The notes under the pieces: generated by a model
Told to the model about the DNA's origin: nothing
The model's input: the letters and a program-made list of their open reading frames with translations, nothing else
Databases searched by the model: none
Made by a program: the position numbers and the translations under genes
Assembly: GCF_009914755.1 (NCBI RefSeq)
Contig: NC_060937.1
Direction: 5' to 3' (one strand)
Length of the DNA: 64,000 nucleotides
From: the human T2T-CHM13v2.0 reference genome, Homo sapiens
Shown: positions 28,941-44,675 of the stretch, piece by piece
Layout: each line of letters begins with the position of its first letter
How positions within the stretch are numbered: position 1 is the first letter of the stretch

Positions 28941-30679
28941 ATGGAAATTAAACAAGATGCTCTTGAATGACCATTAGGTCAATTAAGAAATCAAGAAGAA
29001 AATGTTAAAATTTCTTAAAACAAATGAAAGTGGAATTACAACATACCAAAACCTATGAGATACAGCAAAAGCAATATTAAAAGAGAAGTTTATAGCAATA
29101 AATGCCTATATCAAAAAAGTAGAAAGACTTCAAATAAACCTAATGATGCACCTCAAGGAATTAGGAAAGCAAGAACAAACCAAACATAAAATTAGAAAGA
29201 AAGAAAAAATAAAGATTAGAGCATAAATAAATGAACTTGAGACTAAAAAACACAAAAGACCAAGAAAACAAAAACTTGGATTTTTGTAAAAACAAAAATC
29301 AATAAATGTTTAGCTATACTAAGAAAAGTAGAGAGAAAATCCAAATAAATAAGGTCAGAGACAAACAAGGAGTCATTACAACAGATACCACAGAAATACA
29401 AATACTCACTAGAGACTCTTATGAACAACTTTATACCAAAAAATTGAAAAACCTAGAAAAAATGGATAAATTTCTAGACACACACAGCCTACCAAGATTG
29501 AACCATGAAGAAACAGAAACTTCAACAGAACAATAATGAGTAATGAGAGTTGAAGCTGTAACAAACAGTCTCCCATCAAAGCCCAGGACCTGATGTCTTC
29601 ATTGCTAAATTCTACCAAACATTCAAAGAAGAATTAATGCCAATTCTACTCAAACCATTCCTAAAATTGTAGAGGAGGGAATACCTCTGAACTCATTCAA
29701 TGAAGCCAACATTACTAATACCAAAACCAGACAAGAACACAAAAACAACAACAAAAAAAACTACAGGCCAATATCACTGATGAACATAGAAGCAAAAATC
29801 CTCAACAAAATACTAGCAAACAAAATTCAACAACACACTAAAAAGATTATTCACCAGAATCAAGTGGGATTCATCTCAGGAATGCAAGGATGATTCAACA
29901 TATACAAATCAATCAATGTGATACAATACAGTAATAGAATCAAGGACAAAACATATGATTATTTTAATAGGTACTGGAAAAGCATTTGATAAAATTCAAC
30001 TTGCTTCATGATAAAAATCCTCGACAAACTGGATATAGAAGGAACATATCTCAAAACAATAAAGGCCATACGTGACAAACACACAGCTAACATCATAGTA
30101 AACAGGGAATAATTAAAATTTTTCCTCTAAGATCTAGAACAAGACAAGAATGCTTATTTTCACCACTTTTTTTCAACATAGTACTGAAATTCCTAGCCAG
30201 AACAATTAGGCAAGAGAAAGAAATAAAAGTCGTCCAAATTGGAAAGGAACAAGTCAAATTGTTCTTGTTTGCTGATGACATGATTTTATATTTAGAAAAC
30301 CCTAAAGACTCTACCAAAAAACTGTTAGAACTGACAAACAAATTCAATAAAGTTGCAGCATTCTAAATCAACATGTAAAAACCAGTAGCATGTCGATATG
30401 CCAATAGCACACAGCCTGAAAAATAAATCAAGAAAGCAATCCCATTTATAATAGCTACAAAAAATTAAAATACCTAAGAATAAGTAGTGAAATTTCCAAA
30501 GAAATTTCAATTTTAATTCTAGAGATATTTCCCAAGAAGTATAATATCTCTACAATTAGAACTGTGAAATACTGGTGAAAGAAGTTGAAGAGGACACACA
30601 TAAAAAGGAAAGATATCTCATGTTCATGGATTGGAAGAACCAATATTGTTAAAATGTCCATGCTACCCAAAGCGATCTA

Positions 30680-31006
<327 letters not shown>

Positions 31007-33089
31007 TCCAAGAGCATTCTTTACAGAAATAGAAAAAAAAAATTCTAGAATTAATATGGAACCGCAAAAGACTCCAAACAGCCAAAGCAATCCTGAGCAA
31101 AAAGAACAAAGCTGGTGGCATCACAATATCTGACTTCCAATTGTACTACTAAGCTACAGTAACCAGAACAGCATGGTACTGGCATAAAAACAAACACCTA
31201 GACTAATGGAACAGGATAGAGAAACCAGAAATAAGTCCATGTATTTACAGCCCACTCATTTTTGACAAAGGCGCCAAGAATGTACATTAGCGAAAGGACA
31301 GTCTTAGTAATAAATAGTACTGGGAAAACTGGATATTGATATCCATATGCAGAAAAATGAAACTAGACCCCTATCTCTTGCCATATACAAAAATCAAATC
31401 AAAATGAATTAAAGACTTAAATGTAAGACTTAAAATTATGAAACTACTACAGGAAAACATTGGGGAAACACGCCAGGACACTGGTCTGGGCAAAGATTTT
31501 TTTAGTAAGACCTCAAAAGCACAGGCAACAAAGCAAAATAGACAAATGGAATTAAGCTAAAAAGCTTCTGCACACCAAAGGAAACAATCAACAGAGTGAA
31601 AAGACAGCCCACAGAATGGGAGAAAATATTTGCAAACTATCCATCTGACAGAATATATGAGGAAATCAGGTGACTCAACAGAAAATAAAAACCCAAATAA
31701 TACAATGAAAAGAGGCAAATGATCTAAAGAGACATTTCTCAAAAGAAAATATGCAAATGACCAACAGATATATGAAAATATGCTCAACATCGCTAGTCAT
31801 AAGGGATATGTAAATCAAAACCACAATGAGATACCATCTCACCCCAGTAAAAAAGGCTATAATCAAAAAGACAAAAAATAACAGATACTGGCAAACAAGC
31901 CAAGAAAGGCAAACTCTCATGCAATGTTGGTGGAAATGTAAATTAGTACAGCCATTGTGGAAAACAGTACGGAGTTTTCTTAAAAAACTAAAAATAGAAC
32001 TACCCTATAATCCAGCAATCCCACTTCTGGGTATTTATCCAAAAGAAAGGAAATCCACATATTGAAGAGATATCTGCCCTCCCATGTTTATGGCAGCACC
32101 ATTCACAATAGTCAAAACACAGACTCAACCCAATGTTCATAAACAGGTGAATGGATAAGGAAAATGTGGTATATAAACACACAATGGAATATTATTCTGC
32201 CAAGAAAAGAATGAAATCCTGTCATTTGCAGCAACATGGATGGAACTGGAGGACATTATGTGAAGTGAAATAAGCCAGGCGCAGAAAGACAAATACCATA
32301 TGTTCTCACTTGTGGGAGCTAAAAAAACAGCTAATCTCATGGAGGTAGAGAATAGAATGACAGTTACCAGAAGGTGGGAAGGGGAGGGGAGTGGGGGGAT
32401 GAAGGTGTACGGATACAAATATATAGTTAGATAAAAGAAGTAAGTTTTAATGTTTGATAGCACAGTTAGGTGAATATAGTAAACAATAATTTATTGTATA
32501 TTTTTAACCAGCTAGAAAATAATATTCGGAATGTTCCCAACAGAAAGCAATGATAAATGTTTGAGTTGAAGGCTATCTCAATTTCCTTGATTTGATCATT
32601 ATATATTGTATGAACATACATATTTTGATACATAGTGTATCAAGATATTACATGGGCTCCATAAATATGTAAAATCATTATGTATCAATAAGGAAAATAA
32701 ACAAAATAATAATAAAAGTTAAGTCTGAACATGTTTCTTCAGAAAAACAAATTTAAAACTTGGCCACCATTAGATAGAAGACAGTTGCAATCACCTGTGA
32801 AGATACCGTCAAAGCCCAGTCAGACTCCTGGAACTCAGTGCACATGGTAGATGTCTCTTGTTCTGCATCCGAAGGTGAGAGCCTGGCCTACTCTCTAAGC
32901 CCCGAGGTGTTCTTCCAGGGAACTGTTTAGGATTGGAGTTCTTTGACAGCACCCCTGAATCCTCCATATCTTTCAAAGCCTTGGTCCCAGCATTCCTGGC
33001 TGACCAAGGAAACAGCCCCTTGAATCCTCCATGTCACCAGCACCCATCTGAGGCAGCACTCAGAAGATGTCTTCAGAAGGTGGGGAGGC

Positions 33090-33385
<296 letters not shown>

Positions 33386-33496
33386 GAAAGTGGGGAGGCA
33401 AGGGGCCAGAAGTCCTCTGAAGGTACCTGCCATCTAAAAGCACTGTCATCACGTCAGCCAATGCATATCAAGAATACTATCTCAGAGATAATATTC

Positions 33497-33802
33497 TTTT
33501 TTTTTTTTTTTTTTTTTTTGAGATAATCTCACTCTGTCTCCCAGGCTGGAGTGCAGTGGCTCACTTGGCTCACTGCAAGCTCCGCCATCGGGGTTCACGC
33601 CATTCTCCTGCCTCAGCCTCCCAAGTAGCTGGGACTACAGGCGCCTGCCACCACGCCCAACTAATTTTTTTTTTTTGTATTTTTAGTAGAGACGGGGTTT
33701 CACCGTGTTAGCTAGGATGGTCTTGATCTCCTGACCTCATGATCCGCCCACCTCAGCCTCCCAAAGTGCTGGGATTATAGGCGTGAGCCACCGCGCCCGG
33801 CC
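33497..33802 (-). mobile_element. Alu (AluY-type)
   Basis: gcaagctccgcc and gggttcacgccattctcc diagnostics. TSD agagataatatt. Confidence 0.93.
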
Positions 33803-34684
33803 AGAGATAATATTTTCAAGAATATCAAGAAGATAAGCAGGAGAGAGAACAGGACCTAGGCTCCCTGGGTCCTGGGTCAACTTTCCCCAATTCCCTGAGC
33901 TGAAAAATAAAGGTGATGGTCAGGCAGGGGTTGGCAAGGAAGAGAAAGAGGAAGAAAGACCAGCAGGATCAGAGAAGTGCACCTGGAATCCTGTTTCCAC
34001 ACTACTATGGGTGACTGCAGACTATTCTGCATTTGTGGAGTTGAGGCAATGTCTGGTTTTATTAATATTTTCATGGAAGGGATTGTAATCAAAACACAGG
34101 CACTGCTTGCACACTGTAGATTCTGAATAAGTATCTGTGAATAAAAGATTAAATGAGCATGTATCACAGATTAAAAGCATTGGCAAATTAACCAAGTAGA
34201 ATTTACATGCTCGGGGTCCAAGAGGTTGGAGAGATGATTTGCAGTCTAGTTCAGGAAGGCTTCCTGGAAGACAAACGGCAGCTGAATAATGGCAGGACAG
34301 GCATTTCCAGGTCACACGAATAGCATGTGCAGGGCTGTGAGGCGCTGTGAGGGCTAGTTTATACCTTGGTGAGAAGTTTGCTATAATGAGACATAAAATA
34401 TGAGATGGGGAGAAGTGGAAAGTGATATTTAAAAGGTTAAGATTTTAGTGAGAAATGTGGACTTGTTCTATAAAAGCTAGACATCAACTACAGTTTTTAA
34501 AGAAAATGGCGCAATTAGGATTTATTTTTAGAAAAACTGTTTGGATAGCAATGTAAAGGAGCAGAAATTCAAGAAATTTCTACAGCAGAAATTCTAGAAA
34601 TTCTGGTGGTGGTGAGTCTAGCTAAAAGGCTACTGTCCTTGTGAGAGGTGATCAGGTAATTACATGGAATAAAAAGTTGGGGTT

Positions 34685-34980
34685 GGCCAGGTGGCATGGT
34701 GGCTCACATCTGTAATCCCAGCACTTTGGGAGGCTGAAGTGGGGAGATCACGAGGTCAGGAGTTCGAGACCAGCCTGGCCAACATGGTGAAACCCTGTCT
34801 CTACTAAAAATACAAAAATTAGCCAGGCATGGTGGCACACACCTGTAATCCCAGCTACTCAGGAGGCAGAGGCAGAAGAATCACTTGAACCAGGGAGGCG
34901 GAGGTTGCTGTGAGCCAAGATCACACCACTGCACCCCAGCCTTGGCAACAGAGTGAGACTCTGTCTCAAAAAAAAAAAAA
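34685..34980 (+). mobile_element. Alu (AluS-type)
   Basis: TSD aaaaagttggggt. Confidence 0.92.
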
Positions 34981-35439
34981 GTTGGGGTCAATTTGGGGAA
35001 CAAATCTGAGATACACAGGCACTACTGACATAATAATTTGGAACAAGTTGGATAAGGGAAGAGCGAAGGCTAGGCTGCTGCTTCCTAAGTCACCTATTAG
35101 AAATCCAGGGAGCTATGGGGCTTGCATTATGATACTTCCTACACAAAAACATGGAACATCCCCAGTGAGACGGACCTTCATCCCAACTTATAATAAATAC
35201 ACAGTTTTCATAAGGAAAACAAGAGTTTCACCACAAACTTATAGCTTAACATCTATGTTAGGCCAGGCCCTTTCACTCTGAGGTGAAAGACAACAGGTGA
35301 GCAGGTTCTGAGGCATCAAATGACAAAGTCCACAAGGAGCATCCCAAATAAACAGATTTGTATTAGGAGATACTCACCTTTTACATATGAGTAAAAAAAT
35401 CATCTGAATCCTGCTCCCCAAAGAAAATGAGAGAATTTA

Positions 35440-35800
35440 GGCCAGGTGTGGTGTCTCACGCCTATAATCCCAACACTTCGGGAGGCCAAGGCTGGAGGAT
35501 CACTTCAGATAAGGAGTTTCAGAACAGCCTGGGCAACATGGCAAGACCCCATCTCTACAGAAAATACAAAAGTTAGCCAGGCGTAGTGGTGCACATCTGT
35601 AATCCCAGCCACTCAGGAGGCTGAGGCATTCGAGGTTGCAGTGAGCTATGATCTTGACACTGCACTCCAGTCTGGGTGAAAGCACGAGACCCTGTCACAA
35701 AAAAGAAAGAAAGAAAGAGAGAAAGAGTGAAACAGAGAGAGAGGGAGGGAGGGAGGGAGGAAGGAAGGAAGGAAGGAAGGAAGGAAGGAAAAAAAAGAAA
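35440..35800 (+). mobile_element. AluJ with internal deletion and (GAAA)/(GGGA)/(GGAA) purine tail
   Basis: Degenerate TSD aagaaaatgagagaat / aagaaaatgatagaat. Confidence 0.88.
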
Positions 35801-38224
35801 AGAAAATGATAGAATCTGAGTTCCTGATAAGCATCTTAGAAACTCCGTGGTACAGACTTGTTGGTGATGGGTAACCATGTCAACTTAGTGGGACAGGGTT
35901 TTTGTGGGAAGGACACTAGACTAGAAGAGCTGACTTCCAGTCTTAGCTCCACACGTGAGTGTGAGTAAGTGTGAGAGTGAGTGGGGGAGGGTGTGAATCT
36001 GGGCAATTTCTTTAATCTCTAGGGCCCATATTCTCAAACTTGAATGCCTTTATAAGTCTCCTGAGGAGTTTGTTAAAAATGCAAGTTTCTTTGTGGTGAT
36101 TATTTCACCATGTAGATGTATATCAAAACATTACATTGTGTACCTTAAGTTATACTTTTTATTTGTTAATTATACCTCACTAGAGATAAAAATAAAGAGT
36201 AAGATTTTTTAAAAAGCAAATTTCTGAGCTTCATCCTAGAAGTTCTTACTTCCTGTTCCAGGAGCAGAGATCAGAAACCCAATTTTTAAATAAATGCTTC
36301 TGATGTGGATGATCTATGTATTATAATGTGAGAAAAACTTTGATTTCTCATGAGTTAACTTAGAATAATTTTTTTCCTGTGTTTCTCCTGAGGTCTCAGT
36401 GAGCAGAAAAAAAGACAATCTATATAAAATAGTGTTGTAAACTTAAGATACTATACAACTGCAGAATGTTCTGTAAATAAGACTTCTATTATTCCCCACA
36501 AAACCTTTTGTATCCCCCACTAAAATAGTCCAGATTCTTTGCTAGGTATGTAGTATATTGGGCACAGAGTCTTTTATGATTTCTGGGTCACACTCTGCAT
36601 TCTAACCTTCACCATCTTTATGTGTTTTTTTTCTCTCCATTTTCCCCCCAAAGTCCAAGGCCTCCTCGAGTTTTGGGTTTTATACGATCTTTGTCAGTCA
36701 GTCTTAATCCAGTTGCATTTCATTTGCAACAGATTCTCTTCGAGCCCCTGCACTGTCAATCTTGTCACGAAAATCACTCACAGATGCAGAGCTGTCAGTA
36801 GCATAGGTTTGTGACAGATTTGGGACATCATAGCCATACTGAGTCCTGTGAGACTTTACCCAGGCCCTGGGACTTGGTCCAACTTTTGTTGGTGATGCTT
36901 TTATTCCTGGCTTCACTGCTCCTGCACTCCCTGTCTAAAGCTGTCTCTGACCCTTTGTTGATACCCTCCGTTAACAGTCCCTTAATACATGACAAAGGGC
37001 TACACCTACACGCTGGTCTTTCAGAGGCACCAGCCCCAAGGGCTGGCTGGGGAGTGGGGTTTATACAGACCTCAGTTCTGTCCTTCCCAAACTCCCCGAC
37101 ACCCAACACACACACATCATCTGTGCTTTATTGAATTCCCATCCTTTCCTCTTGTTCTAACTCAAATAAGCTGTACTGTTCCTTCTGTTCTGGCCTGTCA
37201 GCCAGTGAGCAGGATGAAATGAATGTGAATCAATGAATAAATAAGTGATACAGATACAAGAGAGTCAGTGGTGTGATAGCTAACTCTTGGGGCTGTGTGG
37301 GCCAGGTTAAGGACAGAGCAAAACTCCACTGAGGGTGGCCTCTAAGGGTGGCCAAATACAAAGTATAAATGGCACCAGGGACTACTTACATGGCAACTTG
37401 GAAAGACTGTATAACTCTATCATGCTTCCAGCTATTGTCATTTTTCCAACTTTAGGTTATTCTTTCTTTTAAGAATACTTTCTTCTGCTACTCTGCAGCT
37501 GGGATGCTTATAAGCCAGTTAATTGGTGCCAACATAAAGAAAGGCCCTTTGGTTCCATTTTCCCAGGTTTTGGGGGACATCTGAGCCAAGAGAACTGTGG
37601 CATCCTCATACATTAATGAGCTATCTGTGACTTGGGCATTTTGGAACAAAAGTGTGGTGTGGAATGTGGCCAAATCACTCACACAGTGTGTAAATGCATT
37701 CACTTCCTCCTCATATATTATAGACTACATGCAGGGGTCTAGCAGAGAGGGGTGGCGGGAGTCCAACAGTGAACACGACATCCTGGCCTTTCCGAGATCA
37801 TTTTCTCAAAAGAAAGACAGAGGAGTCAACAGGCAAGTAAAATAGGCTGCAACAGAAGGTTCTGTTTGTTGTGTTTATTCTGGGGAAAAACTGCTCCCCT
37901 CACAGTGTATCTATAGTGTTGTGAAATTAGAAAACAATTTTGAAAACTCTGTTCATATTAGATGCTTACCAGAACACTCCCATGGGAGGAGGTGTGTTCC
38001 TGAGTCATAGAGAAGCTGAGCAGACAGATGGAGCTGATATCATGGGCCAGAATATTTTGTAGGTGCAGGGTCCATCTTTCATCACTGCCATGCGAGTGAG
38101 CTGTGAAGTGGGAGGGGACCGTATATGGACTGGACCTCAGGTGCTAAAGGAGAATGAAGACTCTAGAAGCAATATTTGGTGTAAAACTTACTTTGGAAGA
38201 AGATGTCGAGGCAGCAGTTTTTTT

Positions 38225-38375
38225 GGCTCCTGGTTCCTCAAAGTTGGCAAGAACTAGGTGCTTGTTAGAAGTGTTGAATCTCAGGTTACACCCCAGATTT
38301 CCAGAATTAGGATATGCATTCAGTAAAATCTCCAGATGGTTCATAAGCACATAACAGTTTCAGAAGTGCTGATCT
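38225..38375. mobile_element. MER5-type hAT DNA transposon remnant
   Basis: gcttgttagaa..gaatctcagg..cacccccaga-like core and aagcacataacagtttcagaagtgctg end. Confidence 0.6.
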
Positions 38376-38619
38376 ACAACTGGAAAGAAGGTACACCTTA
38401 CAGCCTATCTCAGAAGTCTAGACCTGGAAAAAAGATACAGCCTAGGATGGAGACAAGAGTCGGAGGAGACAGAGTAGGCACAATGCAAAGAAGCTCAAGA
38501 GGGTGCTGCTACAGAGGACTGCCCAGGGCATGAGCACATCTTGTACTGAATAAACTGCTCACTGCTTTTTCTGGGACCTCTCCTTACAACCTGAAATCAT
38601 CTGCCTTAATAAAACCAAT

Positions 38620-38830
38620 AGTAGCTAAGACTTTGATGGTGCCAGACACTCTTCCAAGCACTTTACCTGTATCAACTCATTCAATCTTCACAACCCATAA
38701 GGGGGTTACGAATAGTCTCTTCATTCCACAGATGAGAAAATCGAGGCACTGACGTGAAGTGGCTTCCCCTAAAAGCCCACACAGCTAGCAAGTACCAGAC
38801 CAGGATTCAAACCCAGGCAGTGCCATCCTT
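38620..38830 (-). mobile_element. MIR SINE
   Basis: Core cattccacagatgagaaaatcgaggcac...ggattcaaacccaggcag. Confidence 0.7.
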
Positions 38831-38904
38831 TATCACCATGCTCTTGTGCCTTGCAGGATCTTAATCTGTTTGTATTTGCATTTAGTTCTTTTTGTTTTCC
38901 TTGG

Positions 38905-39722
38905 TGCTATGGTTTGAATATGTCCCCCAAGAAAGCATGTGTTAGAAGCTTAATCTCCAATGCAACAGTGTTGGGAGGTGTGGCCTAATGGGAGGTGTTT
39001 AGGGTGTAAGGGCTACACTCTCATGGATGGATTCATGCCAGTTACAATGGGACTTGAGGCTACAAGTTCAGTCTCTCACTTGCTCTCTTGTCATGCAATT
39101 CCTTCTGCCATGTTACAAAGATGCAAAGAAGGCCCTCACCAGATGCTGAGCAGATGTCAGCACCATGCCCTTGGACTTCCCAGTCTCCAGAATCATAAGC
39201 CAAATGTCTTAGTCCATTTTGTGTTGCTATAACAAAATAACAGAGACTGGATAATTTCTAAACAAAAGAGGTTTATTTCTTATAGATCTGGAGGCTGGGA
39301 AGTCCAAGTTCAAGTGTCTCACATCTGGCAAGAGCCCTCATGCTATGTGTCAACCCATGGTGGAAGGCGAGAGGGTAAGTGAAGGCAAAAGACAGAGGAG
39401 AGGAGGTCAAACTTACCCTTTTTTCAGAAGCTCACTCCCACAATAACAACATTAATCCATTCATGAAGGTGGAGCCCTCATTACCTAATCACCTCTTAGA
39501 GGTCTCACCTCTCAACACTGTTGCATTGGGGATTAAGTTTCCAACACATCAACTTTAAGGGATGCATTAAAACCACAGAACAAAATAAATTTCTCACTCC
39601 AGCCTGGGGGACAGAGCAAGACCCTGTCTTAAATAATAATAATAATAATAATTTTAAAATTAATTAATTAATTTCTTTTTTATATAAATTACCCAGTCCA
39701 TGCAGCACAAAGGAACTAAGAT
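38905..39722 (+). mobile_element. MST-type MaLR LTR, split by an inverted MaLR LTR and a tiny Alu
   Basis: Starts tgctatggtttgaatatgtcccc; resumes aaattacccagtc...ggaactaaga. Confidence 0.82.
39205..39580 (-). mobile_element. MST/MLT1A-type LTR nested in opposite orientation
   Basis: tgtcttagtccattttgtgttgctataac...ggggattaagtttccaacac. Confidence 0.82.
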
Positions 39723-40124
39723 GCTTAGAGTGTCAGCTTTGGTTTGTTTATTTGATTTTATTATCCTAACTCTACAGTCCTAAACAGAAATAAGAGGCAG
39801 AGACAGGTGTGTCCTAGGCTGTCCCCTCCTCTGGTCTCCTGTCCTGTCACCTTTCACTAGAGCATGCAAACTGGCAGCCCAGGGGCTGAATTCAGCCTAC
39901 GGTGTGTTTTGCTTCACTGTAGGTGTTTTAAAAATCAGAAATTTTTACACAAAAATCTATATAATCCCATTTGCTCTCTCTGGCTTGTCACAGTACCCAC
40001 CACATTCTGAGGTCTTATTGCTGGCAGCTACATTTGTTCACACTCTGCCTCCATCACAAAATGATGTCTTTCTCCCATGTGTCTCCTCCTAAAAACTATC
40101 AGCTCCACAAGAATGCATGTCTTC

Positions 40125-40427
40125 GGCCGGGCACGGTGGCTCACGTCTGTAATCCTAGCACTTTGGGAGAGTAAGGCGAGCGGATCACCTGAGGTCAGGA
40201 GTTCGAGACCAGCCTGACCAACATGGAGAAATTCTGTCTCTACTAAAAACACAAAATTAGCCAGGCGTGGTGGAGCATTCCTGTAATCCTAGCTACTCAG
40301 GAGGCTGAGGCAGGAGAATCGCTTGAACCCAGGAGGCGGAGGTTGTGGTGAGCCAAGATCAAACCATTGCGCTCCAGCCTGGGCAACTAGAGTGAAACTC
40401 CGCCTCAAAAAAAAAAAACAAAAAATA
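40125..40427 (+). mobile_element. Alu (AluSp-type)
   Basis: Perfect 16-bp TSD aagaatgcatgtcttc at 40109-40124 and 40428-40443. Confidence 0.95.
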
Positions 40428-41384
40428 AAGAATGCATGTCTTCTAGTCATGAGTGTCCCCCTGAACCCAGCACTGTGCCTGAAATAATCAGCTGGATTGC
40501 TGATCCATGCTTATCACATTGTGTGTTCTTGAGGAGGAGCAAAATGCAGAGCAGGTGGGAAGCAATGCCCCAGAGGAATGACTGTGGAAGTGAGAACAGG
40601 GGAGTTAGCCTGAGTATCCTAGACTCGATGAAGAAGGCTTTTGTACAATCAATGTGGTTCATGGTGATCCAAGGACAAATCTTTCCTTCAAAGCAAGCTG
40701 TCGGGAAATCCCATTTCTCATTGAAAATTGTAGTATTCCGTGGAAACTTGCCATGTCATATCAAGTAGCTGATTTCTTAATAAGTGAATTCATCTCCTTT
40801 TCTACAGTAGCATTCTCTCACCTTCATTCACCATCTGTCCTTTTGAATTTATATTAATGGATCCCTTCCAAGACATTCGCAGGTTCTGATGTGGGATAAA
40901 TGTGTGCAAAAATGCTCCATTGCCAGGAAGGCTGTTCTGTTCCCCACCCTTACTGGTGCCAATAAAGATGTTCTTCCCTGTGCTCTGCTTCTCAGAAGTG
41001 TAAGCATTTGTGACTCATCAACGCAACACTAAAATTCACTTTTTAAGAGCATATAGTTGTGCTCTCTTAAAGGACAGAAGCAATAAGGCCGCTGACTGTG
41101 ACTGACTGTTGAAAAAACCAAAGCCTCCATATTTTGCACTTGTCAATTCAACTCTGGAATACAGCCGTGACAATGAAAGATTTACTATTTTTGGCTACAA
41201 GTAACTAGGTTCAAAAAACAAATCTCCATTTAATGGCAGTGATTATTTTAGTCCACTTGAGAGAATCATGTAAGTATATTTTATATTCTCGTGATCCTTT
41301 TATCTACTGGGAAATATTCAAGGGGAAAATCAGACTCAGATTATCATTTCTGGGAGGAGAAAAATGAATCTCTTTACTTAGCCC

Positions 41385-41550
41385 TCCTGGATATGAATGC
41401 TGGCCCTGAATTTACCACCTAGGTAGCCTTGGACCAGTTACCTAACCTTTCTGGATCTTAGTTTTCTCATTTTTAAAATAGAAATAATAATAGCGACATC
41501 ACAGAGTCATTGTAAGAATAAGGTAAGTGAACACATGTGAAGTGTGTAAG
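41385..41550 (+). mobile_element. MIR SINE
   Basis: ccttggaccagttacctaacctttctggatcttagttttctcatttttaaaat core. Confidence 0.65.
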
Positions 41551-42960
41551 CCCGCACGGAAAGCACCATACATTTGCCTTGTTGTGAATGTCGCCATGTT
41601 GTGAATGTCCTGATGACCTGTGACTGCCAGTCAGTGTTTGGCATAAAAGTCAGTGGCCACACCAGAAAGTCATATGATCGGGGGTCCGTATCAAAATGAC
41701 TAGGAAAAAAGAAAACTCAGCAGTGATTCTGGATATCAATTTCCCTTCACTCTCTTTTAAATGCCACCCAGGCTGGAAGTAGCAGTGGTTTGAGATTCAA
41801 ATGTTTAAAAAGCGGCGGAGGGTCTCCTGCCAATTGTTTGTGGAAATAGCGCACAGCTGGAAAGAACATCCGTCACTGCAGGCCCTTATCTCCTGCGAGG
41901 GTAAGGAGCCCTCTGTCTCTCCTGGTCTCATCATTAGCAAGGGATAAAGGGCAGCAGTGGCTTACATTTCCACTTCAGCCTTCCCACACAAAAAAATTAA
42001 ATCTGATAAGGCAAAATGCTAACATATTTCAAAGCTCCCATTACATAATTCAAAGAGAGTTTAGAAGCTTTCTTTATTTCTCTTAAATTATTCATACCAT
42101 AAATCTTTAAAATATTGAAACTCCTTTCCCTAGCAGTCAAAGGAGAATGCTGATGGCAAGCTCTCTGCGCGTTACTGAAAGAGACAAGATCGATCCTGGG
42201 GGCATAGGAAAGGGACCGCGGCAGGCAGGGGAATGGCCTCCCCATAGAATCTTCAAAGGATTTCATTCAGCCTGCTCTGCTTTATGGAACTAGGAATGTT
42301 TTTCTTTTGAGATTAAGATTTTACCAAATGGCATTTATTTTTTCAGATGTTGGTCTCAAGGAAGAGCCTTTAACAAGGCACAAGCAAAGATGTGAAGTAG
42401 AAATGTCCTCCTACAGCAAATGAAAAGTCGCTCATTAGCAAAACACCAGGGTGCTACTATCTAGACACTAGTGCAGCTGGCACCAATTCGGAGAGGAGAA
42501 TGATTCATTACCATGGTTACTGATGCCAGAAATATTACCTTCTGCAATCAGCATACACAAAGATCCTTTAAAGAGAGTGTAAAAATTAGAGCACTGTAAA
42601 CAATTTGTGAAAATTGCCAACAGCACGGAGGCTGAACTTACACAATGCTGCTTTTTGGGCATAAAAACAGGGGATGCACCATTGCTGCACCAGCAAATCT
42701 TGCTGAGGGCAAAAAACAACACTCAAGCCCAGGGAGCTTGCTGAAGGCCCCCCAGCAGACATTTCCATACAAGTTTATTACCTGTCCCACTGGCAATTTT
42801 AGAGCAAGATCTGGCTGATTGGTAATATCTGCACGATCAAGTTCTGGTTCATTAAACCCGTTAGTGAGATTGGCAAAGGGTCTTGAAAAATGCAGTATAT
42901 TATAGTAATGGATTAGTATAGCCCAGCGCTGTTGCTTCTTGGAAACAAGATAGGAATAAA

Positions 42961-43295
<335 letters not shown>

Positions 43296-43364
43296 TTAAA
43301 TGACACACAGTTTTTATTTTCAACTGCAGTGGATGATTTCCCAAGTTTTGAAATAGGAAAATAG

Positions 43365-43740
<376 letters not shown>

Positions 43741-44146
43741 TAAACTCTAGTTCGAACTTGGCAAATTCTGCTGAAAATGACTATAGTAAAACTTGTTATT
43801 CAAAACTAATGTCTAAGTCACGAGCATTGGAGCAGATAATGAACTGACATTTACCTTCCCCAACATAAGCTCTTCATAAAAATGTTGTTAAATTAATTAG
43901 TGGTATAAACAAAATAATAGTAGAGAATATCTGATCTAATTACAAGAATAAAGTGTTTTTGTGTTTTGCAACATAATTTGCAAAGCTAATGAAAATGTTC
44001 TAGATTTCATATTTGTCATCTATTCTTTAAAGAAAGAATAGCAGTTTATTAATACTTTTTTAGCCACAGTATGGGTTCAAGTGGACATGATTTGACAAAT
44101 ACATACATATGCACATTCATACACATACATATACTTGTAGATGTAA

Positions 44147-44612
<466 letters not shown>

Positions 44613-44622
44613 TAGTCTGCAG

Positions 44623-44624
<2 letters not shown>

Positions 44625-44673
<49 letters not shown>
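44625..44673. repeat. (CA)n microsatellite, ~24 units
   Basis: Directly visible. Confidence 0.95.
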
Positions 44674-44675
<2 letters not shown>

